Source: Azolla caroliniana (taxonomy: Eukaryota; Plantae; Polypodiophyta). From it: a stretch of 64,000 nt of DNA. Made by a program: the position numbers and the translations under genes. Below the pieces are notes generated by a model that saw only the letters and a list, made by a program, of their open reading frames with translations, was not told the origin of the DNA and did not search any database. Positions 62,298-64,000 of this stretch are shown here, in pieces. Each line of letters opens with the position of its first letter. Positions within the stretch are counted from its first letter, which is position 1. Location: positions 11,346,001 to 11,410,000 of the forward strand of contig JBHGNT010000013.1 in the NCBI GenBank assembly GCA_043228905.1, read 5' to 3'.

Positions 62298-64000
62298 ATG
62301 GAAGGCGGCGGTAGTGGGCCTCCGGGCATGATGGTGTTGAACTCACAGAACTACGCCGACTGGAAGATAAAGATGGAAGACCTTCTCATCGTCCGAGACC
62401 TGTACGAACCGATCGACAATGCCGAGATACCCAAGGGAGTAATAGAGTCGGAGTGGAAGCTCCTGAACCGGAAAGCCGTAGCGACGATTCGGCAATATGT
62501 CGATGTAAGCGTCCTACAGCATGTGGCGAACGACACCAACGCATATGAGATGTGGAAGAAGCTGTCGGGCCTCTACGAGAGGAAGAATGCGTTGAACCGG
62601 ACCTCCCTGATGAGGAAGATAGTGAACCTCAAGTACCGGGACGGCGAGAATATGGTGGAACACGTGAGCACGTTCATGGGATTTGTGAACCAGCTTGCGG
62701 CGATCAAGTTCCCGTTGGAGGATGCAATGCAAGCCATCATTCTGATGTGTACATTGCCGGAAAGCTGGGAGAACTTGGTGGTGACTCTCAGCACCTCCTG
62801 CACCGAAGATAACTTGTCTCTACAAACGGTAAAGACAAGCATTTTGAACGAAGATGCGCGTCGGAGAGATAAAGAACCGGTTTCCGATCCGAAGATGCTG
62901 CTTACCGAATCGGAACGGGGAAGACACTGGAACCGGAGTCCGCAAAGACGGGAGAAGTCGGGGACCCGGTCGCAGTCAAGAGGAAGACCCACCTGCTTCC
63001 ACTGTGGGAAGCCGGGGCACTTCCGGAAGAATTGTCGGCATTACCGAAAGGAGAACGGATCCGACGACACCGATTCGAAGAAGTCACCGGAGAGAAACGG
63101 TGCATACCGGGGAGCCACGGACCGGAGAGGTCTGGATCGGCGAGGGCAGGACCGGAAAGGAACGACGACACTCGCGGCAAGTGAGGAAGAAATCATGCTC
63201 ATTACCGAAGAGAGGGAGCTGAACCTTGCCGGTGTAGAGATGACCTGGGTGGTCGATTCCGGAGCGTCGTTCCACCTGACCCCAGAGAAGAAATACTTCT
63301 CATCCTACACAACCGGTGAGCACGGCTGTGTCCGGATGGGAAATGAAGGCACATGCCGGATTGCCGGCATAGGAGACGTGTGGCTGATGACATCAACCGG
63401 ATGCAAGATGCTGCTGAAGGATGTGCGACACGTTCCGGAGGTCCGATTGAACCTGATCTCGGCCGGGAGGCTAGATGATGAAGGCTACACGGGTAGCATC
63501 CGGAACGGTGTCATGAAGTTCAGCAAGGGGAGCCTGATAGTGGCTCGGGCCCGGAAGGTCAACACGCTGTACCTGATGAATTCCCGGCTATGTCCGGAGG
63601 AGCTGAACGTGGCAGCCGACACTGCCGGTGAGCTGTGGCACAAGAGACTGTGCCACATGAGTGAGAAGGGGATGAAGAGGCTTGCAGAAGACAACCTTAT
63701 TCCAGTGAAGCATGTGCACCTGGAGAAGTGCACCGACTGCCTAGCCGGTAAGCAAAACCGGACCTCCTTCCACTCAAGGCCACCGACGAGACGTCGCACA
63801 CCATTGGAGCTGGTGCACACTGACGTGTGTCAAGTAGAAACGAAGTCACATGGCGGAGCCCAGTACTTCGTGACATTCATTGATGACCACAGCCGGAAGC
63901 TGTGGACGGCACCGTTGAAGACAAAGGACCAAGTGTTGTGCGTCTTCAAAGAACTTCACGCGAGAATGGAAAGGGAATCCGGCAAGAAGCTGAAAGCGAT
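62298..64000 (+). CDS. Copia gag-pol, 5' portion; appears open to the window end
   Basis: MEGGGSGPPGMMVLNSQNYADWKIKMEDLL.., collinear with 30468 onward. Confidence 0.85.
   Translation, partial: MEGGGSGPPGMMVLNSQNYADWKIKMEDLLIVRDLYEPIDNAEIPKGVIESEWKLLNRKAVATIRQYVDVSVLQHVANDTNAYEMWKKLSGLYERKNALNRTSLMRKIVNLKYRDGENMVEHVSTFMGFVNQLAAIKFPLEDAMQAIILMCTLPESWENLVVTLSTSCTEDNLSLQTVKTSILNEDARRRDKEPVSDPKMLLTESERGRHWNRSPQRREKSGTRSQSRGRPTCFHCGKPGHFRKNCRHYRKENGSDDTDSKKSPERNGAYRGATDRRGLDRRGQDRKGTTTLAASEEEIMLITEERELNLAGVEMTWVVDSGASFHLTPEKKYFSSYTTGEHGCVRMGNEGTCRIAGIGDVWLMTSTGCKMLLKDVRHVPEVRLNLISAGRLDDEGYTGSIRNGVMKFSKGSLIVARARKVNTLYLMNSRLCPEELNVAADTAGELWHKRLCHMSEKGMKRLAEDNLIPVKHVHLEKCTDCLAGKQNRTSFHSRPPTRRRTPLELVHTDVCQVETKSHGGAQYFVTFIDDHSRKLWTAPLKTKDQVLCVFKELHARMERESGKKLKA

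Larger units (their letters stand above)
61560..64000 (+). mobile_element. Ty1/copia of the same family as 29795-35191: 5' LTR 61560-62266, PBS 62270-62281; runs off the window
   Basis: High similarity to 29795 onward; tggtatcagagc PBS. Confidence 0.93.

Overview
Plant nuclear DNA, probably from a non-seed land plant such as a fern or lycophyte (inferred from Tcn1-like and Phygy-like Ty3/gypsy elements). Bases 1-~5.4 kb hold the 5' part of a minus-strand, multi-exon GYF-domain gene (EXA1/GIGYF-like). From ~6.1 kb to the end is a deeply nested LTR-retrotransposon cluster: several Ty1/copia copies, one intact and one decayed chromovirus, a Phygy-like gypsy fragment, two non-autonomous gag-only elements, solo LTRs, a LINE ORF1 relic, a 628-bp palindromic insertion and an inverted-duplication rearrangement. 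Most boundaries can be fixed by TG..CA ends, PBS/PPT and target-site duplications (TSDs). The most notable signals are: tRNA-like Pol III A/B-box modules in antisense orientation in the U3 of two gypsy lineages; a self-priming PBS and a -1 frameshift cassette in the intact chromovirus; CpG-centred 4-bp target sites; a duplicated PPT in one copia group; and an exon apparently created by tandem duplication in the host gene. All alignments and counts were done by eye, so coordinates may be off by a few bases.
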